From the IMG/VR virus record IMGVR_UViG_3300025816_000006, positions 1 through 64,000 of that record: a DNA stretch of 64,000 nt; one strand, given 5' to 3'. The stretch is from a virus. Positions 56,801 through 64,000 of the stretch are shown one piece after another. Under the pieces are notes generated by a model. It was not told where the DNA came from, ran no database searches, and saw nothing but the letters and a program-made list of their open reading frames with translations. Each line of letters begins with the position of its first letter. The stretch's first letter is position 1. A program made the translations under genes and the position numbers.

Positions 56801-58262
56801 AAACACTACCTCAAAAATTGATTTCGCAAGAAGGAGGGCGTCTAGTCAGTTAGGCACAGACATCTCTGCTGCTAACGCAATTGGCACAATAAGTTCTATA
56901 CAAGCCGGTGTTGTTGCTGCCACCGGACGATTAGCTGGTGCTGCTGGGGGAGGAAGTTCAAATACCTTCCAAAATAGACAAGATAGATTATTCTTAGATA
57001 AAGCAAATAAAGATCTTGACGCATTGGCTACTTTTGCTAGAGAAAGAGCCAAGATCTACAAAGAAGAACTTGATATAGTTAAAAAGAAAAACGCTTTAGA
57101 AAGAAGCGCTCTTGACAAATTGATTTCTGGTGATACAATTGGTTTCATAGAAGATCAAGCCGCTGCTGCTGCTGCGTCTGCACTTAGAATGGGCGATGCT
57201 AGTACGGCGTTGCAGTTTTCTAGTAAAGCCCTGAGTGCAGGTTTTAAAAGCCTAGAGGGTCAGGGGCTTTCTGATGCAGACATGAGGACGGCAGCGCGTA
57301 CTGCGCTTGGTCCTTTCGCGAGCGCGAGAAATGTCGGAGTGTTATCACAAACAACTTCTGAAGAGTCAGCTATAAAAGCAGCTATAGATCAATCAGCTTC
57401 AATACTAGAGCAAATTGCTCCAGCAATTCAGGTGCTTGGTTCTGCTGATTTTAAAGTCAGTGTTGCTGGACTTAAAAAAGCAAATCAAGATTTCGTAAAC
57501 GCTCAAACCGAAGCAGCAAAAGCCTCTGAACAAATGGCAACATCTCTACAGAAATCTGCCGATCTAGCAAAGAAACAAGCGGAAGCCGCACAGGAAGCAA
57601 TTAAGGCTACAGAGGGTGTGATTGAAAGAGCAAATCAGGCACTATCTTCTGGTGACGCAAAGTCAAGTGTTGATATTGATGCTCGCGGAGCAAACGTTAA
57701 ACTTACTCTAGGTGCTGCCGGTGCAATTCCGGGACTTTCAGACGCTGTTAGTCTTTCTCAAGGTGGGCCAGTTTATGCTAGTCGTGGTATGTTTGTTCCT
57801 CGCGGTACAGATACAGTGCCAGCTATGCTCACGCCCGGAGAGTTTGTTGTAAATCGTGCTTCTGTGCAAAGAGGTAATAACTTACAAGTACTTCAGGCCA
57901 TGAATGGCAACGGCGCTGCTCCAGCCGCCGCTCCTGCTCAGGGAATGTCTAGAGGTGGTCCTGTTTATATGGACAAGGGAGGCACAGTGCCATCAACAGA
58001 CATGACTGCCATGTTTAAAACGTTTGAATCTTCTGCTAGAGTATTTAGTGATGCAGTAAGCAGGCTAACAGGATTTAAACTAAACGTACAGTTAGACCCT
58101 ACGAATGTAAATGTAAATCTAAACGGTGGGACATTCTTAAACCAGATGAAAAAAGAATTGAAAACAGAGCTATTAGAAATAGTTAGCGAAAGAATTAAAG
58201 GCTCAAGCTTTGACTTTACTGGCGATATACAAATGGACCCTTACACGCAAAGTATAGCTTAA
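50868..58262 (+). CDS. tape measure protein (TP901-like core) with accessory domains
   Basis: Ala/Gly/Lys-rich, TP901-type N-terminal region, hydrophobic Gly-rich segments, three DTVPAxLTPGEFV motifs. Confidence 0.92.
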   Translation: MSKFVLTAQLQLKAPANTKQVVSQMRRQLSGINVNVGVKGAPQAQKQIAKVNQQVNKLNKTGTRLGKTFGLAINRFAAFTVASRAVSLFTNGLANATREAIDFERELVKISQVTGKTIQELSGLNNTITQLSVNLGTSSKDLLATTRILAQAGIQARDLDVALAALAKTTLAPTFEDITKTAEGAVAILAQFGQGVGALESQLGAINAVAGQFAVESGDLISVVRRTGGVFKAAGGDLNELLALFTSVRATTRESAESIATGLRTIFTRIQRPKTIEFLKQFGVELVDLNGKFVGPFEAVKQLSSALSGLGEGDIRFVQIAEELGGFRQIGKVIPLLQQFETAERARQAALEGGGSLTRDAATAQQALAVQITKVKEEFLALVRSISQTGSFQTFVKTTLDLASALISVADALKPIIPLLTAFAGIKLARGLAGFGSGIGAALKGGPRGFNSGGLVPGSGNRDTVPAMLTPGEFVIRKSSVSKMGVGALAEMNNSKYAKGGSVKIIDPIGQIAPRGAPGNSQSQTKTKTVGELSGKSSTLSRKFKAAGLKSGDTIDIQPQKVGQFTLDRGNQFAESDFMRDVVPSINAAIKKQLTAKIGSIGQFRSIGNDAKAKESLGGFAFERFAGAILGISPGGDTTPFDFALAGGRKKELEEETKNDPLAKFVDAKRSFVGAGQIVSKAIRDSRVQKQFIPVKGNQKKRRPKFFGGAIQKFALGGLAQKNRMGFAILDPDRKAQDMDAKVTRAQIRGAVKGTEGQRKALDKELSWSNKNFKVARQGLNAKTSEKFYSTLSREAAQGVSVAAAGLSSDLGLGSITVPETSKNLLADSIRKSGSMMGKVFEDVVNVMDGRGKFSPSPPGAPFDFKGGLQGALKDNYDKLPSTFVDAKTSYTEASAGEAQKKIINELAQTYQQTPTYANNKKGDKKGETQKQAAARMQREQKGQARLAKLRAKAGYNMGGAAPSDTVPALLTPGEFVINKSAASKIGKANLDRMNKQGVKGFADGGIVQRFVNGGQPKAVNFGNITNSGINLSAAAERRAAAGNEIKKQESTLVKALQSISKSVINAGIAITKTPQQIKGLDTAITNTSNAITKAGTNISSGLSGAGKVVQAVDSRIGNAFNKIVGVATKEGSLIQKSFSGVNRAVQSGQKLLSGGFSGVVNTINIKGPKVLDGVLRTIARKTPQLNDAFSFISKGIKVSGEGVTAALASAKNKISTSAPAAAGPKTRTVYSSKGTGAFGRTFDGRAAKVDAAQRSLEKRMKLQGVSARNTTKGLQALSVAAQQGGSRADMLAKGMAAAGVTVEKLKVAQQKAAAASEKAAKMAERRAEREKRGGGGRIDGMGAFFALSSISMMIPKVEGATEGLGAIQNASGDLIMQLGTFGFVVQSLGVKMNAFTAGIGGALAATYAITSVMDAYSGVHEKAKAAVEEGRIADAGAAAVSSQAQKDLNKLALGAAAAGATIGVVFGPAGTLVGGIVGGLVGTLAGIGVKLLPESTVNSFRDKFSTIFGTDSTALIKERAEAAAALKKAELNAADAADRAAEALKRIASGDETLLDAFQSGELTVNVQDFKRALAEATDVEKQAAKDRANTLEIENKGAVEAGGVLAGILTGAAAGAAIGSGFAGVGAIPGVVVGGIAGGIAGGGAGFGIARAFTGADERADAKVEAAKKAREETEKALNEAIKKRIPQFNQLGRELFRAGASFEDFVGKIESFPGFEDTGFEDLDPLVQKKLAQGFRNNAVAVAENTAAFSRITLGLRPVIAATSGLNVSLDRTISIVEGKFNGLSSALSTVEAGLSGATIDTSEFDQALAQINSEFKSFGVADSTINKLNKNFSALRIASGGFQDALEKVKDKVINDELGGKSIKEVIISELTNLQGLDDAGRKIIADVFGNVDFTGDDAEALAKGNLDVVLNKLDEAGKKAFEKSLAAGNALAEAQNKLVKIAEKTVSSQEKMIAAQIKSINLQEEAIKLRGKENTTSKIDFARRRASSQLGTDISAANAIGTISSIQAGVVAATGRLAGAAGGGSSNTFQNRQDRLFLDKANKDLDALATFARERAKIYKEELDIVKKKNALERSALDKLISGDTIGFIEDQAAAAAASALRMGDASTALQFSSKALSAGFKSLEGQGLSDADMRTAARTALGPFASARNVGVLSQTTSEESAIKAAIDQSASILEQIAPAIQVLGSADFKVSVAGLKKANQDFVNAQTEAAKASEQMATSLQKSADLAKKQAEAAQEAIKATEGVIERANQALSSGDAKSSVDIDARGANVKLTLGAAGAIPGLSDAVSLSQGGPVYASRGMFVPRGTDTVPAMLTPGEFVVNRASVQRGNNLQVLQAMNGNGAAPAAAPAQGMSRGGPVYMDKGGTVPSTDMTAMFKTFESSARVFSDAVSRLTGFKLNVQLDPTNVNVNLNGGTFLNQMKKELKTELLEIVSERIKGSSFDFTGDIQMDPYTQSIA

Positions 58263-58281
58263 AGGATATTAAGGATAAAAA

Positions 58282-61200
58282 ATGAAGTCTTGCGAAACAA
58301 TTTCGGTTACGATGAACGGTGTAGGCGACTTAGATCGTTGTACTGTCAGTATGGATTTAGGCGCTAGTCAGGAGTTGAATGGCGTTGGTTTTGTAGAACA
58401 AGCCAAAGTCACCAGAGTATGTACATCTAAAAAATTAATAACAACCGCTATTGGGTCTGGTCCTCTTTACGATATAACTCTTGATGAAATAATTGAAGAT
58501 GAGCATAAAAAATTCTTTGATGAACGCCCAGTAGAAGCGGTTATTGAGTATGAGAGAAAACTAGAGAAACCAGAGATCAATCGTGCGCTTCTTGGTGGCG
58601 AGCAGTTTGCTTTTTCTCCATCTTTAAATGAGCCAAACTACGGCAAATTTGATATTGAAGTTCCAAGTCTATTTATTGACAATCCAGAATCACACGCAAA
58701 ATCAGATTTTTGCAGGGTATTGAAAAGTAAGCTTAGTGGGGATGGCTCTACACTTGCTATTTTGGCTGATCGTGTAGATACCGGTGTAGACGGATTCAAA
58801 AACACGCAACTTTACATCTATAAAAGAAATGGCGAACAGTGGAATACACACAGTACTATTGTTGTTGATGAAACTTCTCTATCTGAAATATCTAATGAGA
58901 ACCAGTTTTACGGAAATAAATATCTTGACTCAAATCTTGCTATAAATAAAAATGGTGATTTTATAGCTGTGTCTTTCCTAGACAGGGGCGACAATTCCGA
59001 TCTTCTAGGCAGAGCGCATCTCTACAAGTTAGGATTTTCTACAAATGATGAGTACGACCTTTGCGCTCTTTCCGCGTTTCTTGGTGGCTTTGAGTATTTA
59101 GGTGTTGATTTATCACTAAGTGACGACGGAACCATTTTAGCGGCTTCTTCCAGAACTTGGAGTGGTTCGGCTTTCCCTAGATTTCAAGGTAATGTTCGCG
59201 TACTTAAATTTACTGAGACTTCTAGCACTGAACCGGCGGCTAATTTTCAGCAACTCGGAAGCACTCTGACTAGCAATATTTTTGGTCAATATTTTCGCGT
59301 AAATGCTTTTGGCGAAAAAATAGCGATAAATGGCAATGGAGATAGACTTGCTGTTTTAAGAATTGATACATCAACTGGTATTCAAAGCGAGAACACCAAG
59401 GCATTCGTAAATATATATGAATATCAGTCTGACGCTTGGGTTTTAGTTCAACAACTTGAAAATGATAAATTTCTGTTTGACCCCGGAGAAGAAGCGTACT
59501 TTGGGAACGATGGAGGAACTGGTTATAGACAAGAAGACAGTACCTCTGGTTTTGACCTTGCTATTAGTCAGGATGGTAAAGCTGTTGCTTTTGGTGCTAT
59601 AGACCCATTCCCAGATTCTTTTAATGACGCTCGCGGTGGGGCTGTTATAACTTGGAGGGAGACTTCAACAAATGTATGGAAAACATTAACGGTAATAAAA
59701 CCAGACTATACAAGAGAGAGAGACGACGCAGGGAGCTTTGATGCTGTGGGTCTTGGTGGAAATTTGAGCTTTTCTTCAGACGGCAAAAAGCTTATGATTT
59801 CTCAAGATAAGTCTGTCTGTGTATACGAGGATATATCTGAGTCTCCTGTTTCTAGCCCCTTACCCCAACCCGGATACTTTGTAGTTGGTTCAGCTGATTC
59901 TGACGACTGGGTAAAAGTTTCTCAAATAGATATATTTAATTGTCCACCAATTACACGTAACGACAAGATAAAAAGACCGTTTAATGCGTATCATCCTATA
60001 ACTGACGCTTCTATGAGTCAAGATGGCTCGTATGTAGTTATACTGAAAAATAATTTTATTCATCCAACTCAAGATGGATTTCTTGTACAGCCAGACCAAG
60101 CTTCTCAGCAAGCTGTTTATAAAGTTGATTACACCAAAGCCGTTAACAAGTTTGATAGAGACCTATTATCCAACTATATTGACTGGAAAGACGGCAGTAT
60201 ATCTTGTAAAGATTTAAAATTTCAAAGTGAGCTTGAAATAGATACTGATTCTCTACGAGATTATAGATGTATAGATTCCCCTTACAATGCTGACTTCAAA
60301 CAATCAGAAATTTTTCAGTCAGATGCAAACATAGAAGTTTCAGACAATATGTCCGTTTCTTTCTTTCTTAATGGCCCTACCAGTAATCTTTACTCATCTG
60401 ACCCTGTTATTAAAATATACAATTCTAATGGGTCTATGAGTGTGGGTTTAGACAATTTAAACAATTCTCAAGACCGACTTTTTTTAAGCTTCAATCAATT
60501 TGGAAGCTCCAGTATTGGATTCCTTAGATCGTCTGAAGATCCTGCGCATTATGATTCAGATCAATTTGGTGGACTCTATGAAATAAAAGCGGATAATAAC
60601 TATGAGTCTGACTGGCATCATTATTGTATAACATCAGAGTCTCATCCTTCTGACCCAGATCTAAATATAATAAAAGGCTATGTGGATGGAAGATTCATAG
60701 ACCAAATAACAATAGAGAATATTCCAGACAATTCAAATCTCTTTGGCTGTAAGCTTAGTCTAGATAGCCCCAGAACAGCTTTAGATCCTTATGACGGGGA
60801 AGAAAGGCAAGACTTTAACGGAAACTTAACGCCTGCTTACGACGATATAAGGGTTTACAATAAAACTTTATCCCAAAATGAAATCAATCTTCTTGCTAGT
60901 CATAGAGTAAAAGTTACTAGAAGAGATATTTATTTCTACGATTACTTAAAAGAAGAAAATGGCGTAATTTCTTTAGAGTACAATAGATCAACATATAAAG
61001 ATGTTCCTATTTCTTCTTTCTGTAAAGATCAACCCATACCAGCGCCGCCAGATTTTGCGGGATGTGATTTTGGTACAGAATGTGTTATAGACGCTGAAAT
61101 TAAATTCTGTTATGATTCCACCTTACCGAACATTGTTCCTATATTTGGTTTGTATGCAAGTGGTATAAGTGGTGTTGGCTTTTTAGAATCTAACTCTCCT

Positions 61201-64000
61201 CCGCATATTCAGTTAGTATCCTACCATCAAAAAAATCTTCTAGGAAGAGGTATAATATTTGATGGTGGCTTAATGGCGCACAGCCTCAACTTGAAAATGA
61301 GCGGTGTGTCTGATCTCTCAACTGGATTTGTTGATAAGTATAACGGAAGTTTCTTTGATTTATCTGCTGTGCAAAAACTTTATCCCTCAAGTGACATCTC
61401 GAATGTTGGCTTTGTTAGCTCTGATGGCGATTTTGATTTATTCAACAAGATAGACGAAGGTGTTTACGAAGGTGATTGGCAGATAGACAGCACTAGAATT
61501 TCTGATGACTCTGAGTCTTATGTTCAGCTAATTGCCCCTGACACAAAAGGTAGCTTCTCGTATGAGTGCGGAATTACAAATACTTTGTTTGATCCAGAAG
61601 AATCTCTAATTAGGTTTAGATTGTCTGGACCTACTTCTACTAGTGACTGCGCATTGCCGCCTAGATACACAATTAAAAACATAAAACTCAAAGATCCCCA
61701 AGGAACTTTGATAACACAATATGAAGACATTGTGTTTATTGGTGACTCTGATTTTGATAATGATATAAACTACACAAGTGTTGTTAGATCAGAAAAAATA
61801 AATAAAGTTAAGGGTTTTTATAGGTGGCAGGATACTTATCCCACACTAGATAGTGGAAATGCGCCTCACGGATTCTCTTTATCTTTTGATATTGATGCTG
61901 AAGATCTCGGCGCAGAGTTTACTTTAGGCTACAGCAAAGCATTCAAAGAAGACACAACGCAACTAAGTTCGCCCTCAATAAATAATTCACTAAGAATATC
62001 TGCAATAGAAATATTGACAAGTGGTAGAGCTTCAAATTATCAAGAACACTATATAAACTTGATGACCCCGGTTGTAGATACTGGCAGAAGAATTGAGAAG
62101 TGTTTCCATCCGACCTTCTTCCCTAAGTTTGATTTTGACACAGGAATTTGGCCGTCCGTTAGCAGTATCTGGTATGCAAACAACGATGTAGATTATTCTA
62201 ATCAAAGCACTCAGGGGTCTTTACAGTTATTGGAAAATATTAGAGACCCAGAAGATGATACCTTTGCTATCCTAAACTCTATGGGAGATATAGAAAATTC
62301 TGGTAAGCTGACGCTTAAATTTGGCTATAGCCCATCTTCACAAAAAGAAATTCAAGCGGGTAGTTTTTCAGATGCGTTCGGAGAAGGTAGGAATAAAAGA
62401 GATAATATTTGGTTCAGTCCTTCTGGCGCGTTCTCTGGACTAACGACAAGCACAACAGATATTGATCACAACTTCTTTAAGTTTGACTCCATAACGCTTA
62501 AAGTCAGGGCTAAAAAAGCTGTAGGTAGTAGAGACTATGTGTTAGATGTAGTTGGATACAGCGATGACTGCCTCTTGAATGTAACTTCTGCTGTTGGCGG
62601 TTTCTTGCAAAATACTTCTGGGGTCACATTCCCTGATCACTCAGATGATAGCTTGGTGTTCTATGGTAATACCGGAAGCATACCAACGACATCTGGATTT
62701 AAAAATGTAGATGATCTTGGTCTATCTACTGAGCCGTTCTCTAATAAAGATCATTACTTTGAGTCTAATTCTACGAACAATGCTGGTGGAGATCACTATC
62801 TCTTAACAACTTACCCTACTGTCACGTCTACTGAATTTGAATGGTACGAAATACCCCTAAAAGCTTACGAAGACAACGTAGAAATTGGTAGATCGAAACA
62901 GTATAATTTAAGTTCATTGCTTGAAAGATTGTACCTAGATATTTACCCCTTGCCAACTGGCGCTGCTATTTCAAATATTCATTTGTGTGTAAGGTATGCG
63001 CCACAAAATGCATTTAACCTTACCTCTCAAGGTGGAGAAAAGATAGGCAGAATTGCAGACGGAAGGACTGAAGGCTCTTACTTCCCAACTTCCAGACAGT
63101 CTAATGACTTGATTATAAATGCTGGCTCTGGTTTTAATCCGTTGTCGTACATATCTGGAATACCTCAAGCCTTTACAACCCCTGACAGCTTAAAATCTAA
63201 CTACTCCAGAAGATGGAGAGGTATGGAGGGTACTGTACAAGGTCCATATGACGTAGATCAGTTTGGATTTGGGTTTGAAAACCCACACCTAGATTATCCA
63301 TTCATATCAGGTTTCTACTTGTTTGAGGATAACTCCACAACTATAAGACCTGTTGTTGGCGCGTTGACTGGAACGCTTACGACATCATATGATAATTTCC
63401 AATTTACAAATATAGGCTGGAGATTCTCTAACAGCGGATTGTTTACTGATCGCTGGCCTACTTACTCTACTCCTTACACAACGACGGACTGGACTGCATT
63501 AGAAGATGGCTCTAATAACTTCCAAAACCATGAGTTATACGGTCAAGTTGCAGATGCGTTTAGAAATGTTGTAAGAATATCTGGTCAAAATTCATTCATT
63601 AACTTTGGTAATATCAACTATGGACCTCAAGGAGACTTAGGTCTTTCTGTTTACATAAGATTTACTCCAGACGCTAATGTTTCTGGTGCTAATTATAACC
63701 TGTTCAACAGTGGCGTTCTTGTTTCTAAGTATGACGCTGGACAAGACATTGAGTTCTGCTTAGGTTACTCTGACGGTTATTTGGTCGCCAAAGCTAAAGA
63801 CGCTACTAGTGGATCAATCAAACAAGCTATTGATACGGTTAAATATTCAGGATATCAGTATCCTCTGAGTGTTATCATGACTTACAATGATGACAATTCA
63901 CATAAGTTAAAACTTTATACCGACAATGAATTTGAGTCAAACTGGACTACGCTTCGCGCTACATCTGACTCATTCTACATGGACGTTAATAGTAGCGATT
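58282..64000 (+). CDS. very large tail/baseplate protein with beta-propeller and LamG domains, 3'-truncated (>1900 aa; absent from ORF track)
   Basis: AAGGA SD + ATG 58282; frame open wherever I spot-checked to the window end; seven xSxDGxxxxx-type blades (LSGDGSTLAI, LSDDGTILAA, ISQDGKAVAF...); WHHYCIT..YVDG..DDIRVYN LamG. Confidence 0.85.
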   Translation, partial: MKSCETISVTMNGVGDLDRCTVSMDLGASQELNGVGFVEQAKVTRVCTSKKLITTAIGSGPLYDITLDEIIEDEHKKFFDERPVEAVIEYERKLEKPEINRALLGGEQFAFSPSLNEPNYGKFDIEVPSLFIDNPESHAKSDFCRVLKSKLSGDGSTLAILADRVDTGVDGFKNTQLYIYKRNGEQWNTHSTIVVDETSLSEISNENQFYGNKYLDSNLAINKNGDFIAVSFLDRGDNSDLLGRAHLYKLGFSTNDEYDLCALSAFLGGFEYLGVDLSLSDDGTILAASSRTWSGSAFPRFQGNVRVLKFTETSSTEPAANFQQLGSTLTSNIFGQYFRVNAFGEKIAINGNGDRLAVLRIDTSTGIQSENTKAFVNIYEYQSDAWVLVQQLENDKFLFDPGEEAYFGNDGGTGYRQEDSTSGFDLAISQDGKAVAFGAIDPFPDSFNDARGGAVITWRETSTNVWKTLTVIKPDYTRERDDAGSFDAVGLGGNLSFSSDGKKLMISQDKSVCVYEDISESPVSSPLPQPGYFVVGSADSDDWVKVSQIDIFNCPPITRNDKIKRPFNAYHPITDASMSQDGSYVVILKNNFIHPTQDGFLVQPDQASQQAVYKVDYTKAVNKFDRDLLSNYIDWKDGSISCKDLKFQSELEIDTDSLRDYRCIDSPYNADFKQSEIFQSDANIEVSDNMSVSFFLNGPTSNLYSSDPVIKIYNSNGSMSVGLDNLNNSQDRLFLSFNQFGSSSIGFLRSSEDPAHYDSDQFGGLYEIKADNNYESDWHHYCITSESHPSDPDLNIIKGYVDGRFIDQITIENIPDNSNLFGCKLSLDSPRTALDPYDGEERQDFNGNLTPAYDDIRVYNKTLSQNEINLLASHRVKVTRRDIYFYDYLKEENGVISLEYNRSTYKDVPISSFCKDQPIPAPPDFAGCDFGTECVIDAEIKFCYDSTLPNIVPIFGLYASGISGVGFLESNSPPHIQLVSYHQKNLLGRGIIFDGGLMAHSLNLKMSGVSDLSTGFVDKYNGSFFDLSAVQKLYPSSDISNVGFVSSDGDFDLFNKIDEGVYEGDWQIDSTRISDDSESYVQLIAPDTKGSFSYECGITNTLFDPEESLIRFRLSGPTSTSDCALPPRYTIKNIKLKDPQGTLITQYEDIVFIGDSDFDNDINYTSVVRSEKINKVKGFYRWQDTYPTLDSGNAPHGFSLSFDIDAEDLGAEFTLGYSKAFKEDTTQLSSPSINNSLRISAIEILTSGRASNYQEHYINLMTPVVDTGRRIEKCFHPTFFPKFDFDTGIWPSVSSIWYANNDVDYSNQSTQGSLQLLENIRDPEDDTFAILNSMGDIENSGKLTLKFGYSPSSQKEIQAGSFSDAFGEGRNKRDNIWFSPSGAFSGLTTSTTDIDHNFFKFDSITLKVRAKKAVGSRDYVLDVVGYSDDCLLNVTSAVGGFLQNTSGVTFPDHSDDSLVFYGNTGSIPTTSGFKNVDDLGLSTEPFSNKDHYFESNSTNNAGGDHYLLTTYPTVTSTEFEWYEIPLKAYEDNVEIGRSKQYNLSSLLERLYLDIYPLPTGAAISNIHLCVRYAPQNAFNLTSQGGEKIGRIADGRTEGSYFPTSRQSNDLIINAGSGFNPLSYISGIPQAFTTPDSLKSNYSRRWRGMEGTVQGPYDVDQFGFGFENPHLDYPFISGFYLFEDNSTTIRPVVGALTGTLTTSYDNFQFTNIGWRFSNSGLFTDRWPTYSTPYTTTDWTALEDGSNNFQNHELYGQVADAFRNVVRISGQNSFINFGNINYGPQGDLGLSVYIRFTPDANVSGANYNLFNSGVLVSKYDAGQDIEFCLGYSDGYLVAKAKDATSGSIKQAIDTVKYSGYQYPLSVIMTYNDDNSHKLKLYTDNEFESNWTTLRATSDSFYMDVNSSD

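Noticed and set aside
11221-63168. Minus-strand and nested ORFs within the late region
   Set aside because: Antisense or alternate-frame shadows of long plus-strand genes with clear motifs.

Overview
This window is part of a large tailed dsDNA phage genome. It has a tail tube and a 2464-aa tape measure protein, but no tail sheath, so it looks siphovirus-like. The host may be a planctomycete or another flagellated aquatic bacterium (weak inference). Positions 1-~9.9 kb form a minus-strand early/accessory region. It holds ~30 tiny ORFs, most with their own near-consensus TTGACA-N16/17-TATAAT promoter, and those promoters also embed a sigma28-like CGATA box. Six paired-palindrome DNA elements punctuate the region at a near-constant ~1.3-1.45 kb period. 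It also contains several structured non-coding elements. The most striking is a locus at 4.3-5.2 kb built like an rRNA-operon leader (two tandem promoters, each followed by hairpins and an identical boxA-like 23-mer) that feeds a ~600-nt ORF-poor array of tRNA-like RNAs. A covarying pseudoknot element also occurs in two copies. Positions ~10-64 kb form a plus-strand late region: sigma-like factor, gmd, HNH, ERCC4 nuclease, ClpP-like protease, large terminase, portal, protease/scaffold, decoration and major capsid proteins, Ser-Gly-rich fibres, a dockerin/RCC1 protein, LamG proteins, a glycan-modification cluster, head-tail and tail genes, a tape measure with two embedded PD-(D/E)xK-like segments, and a >1900-aa tail protein truncated by the window end. 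All calls are by eye from motifs and context; no searches were run.
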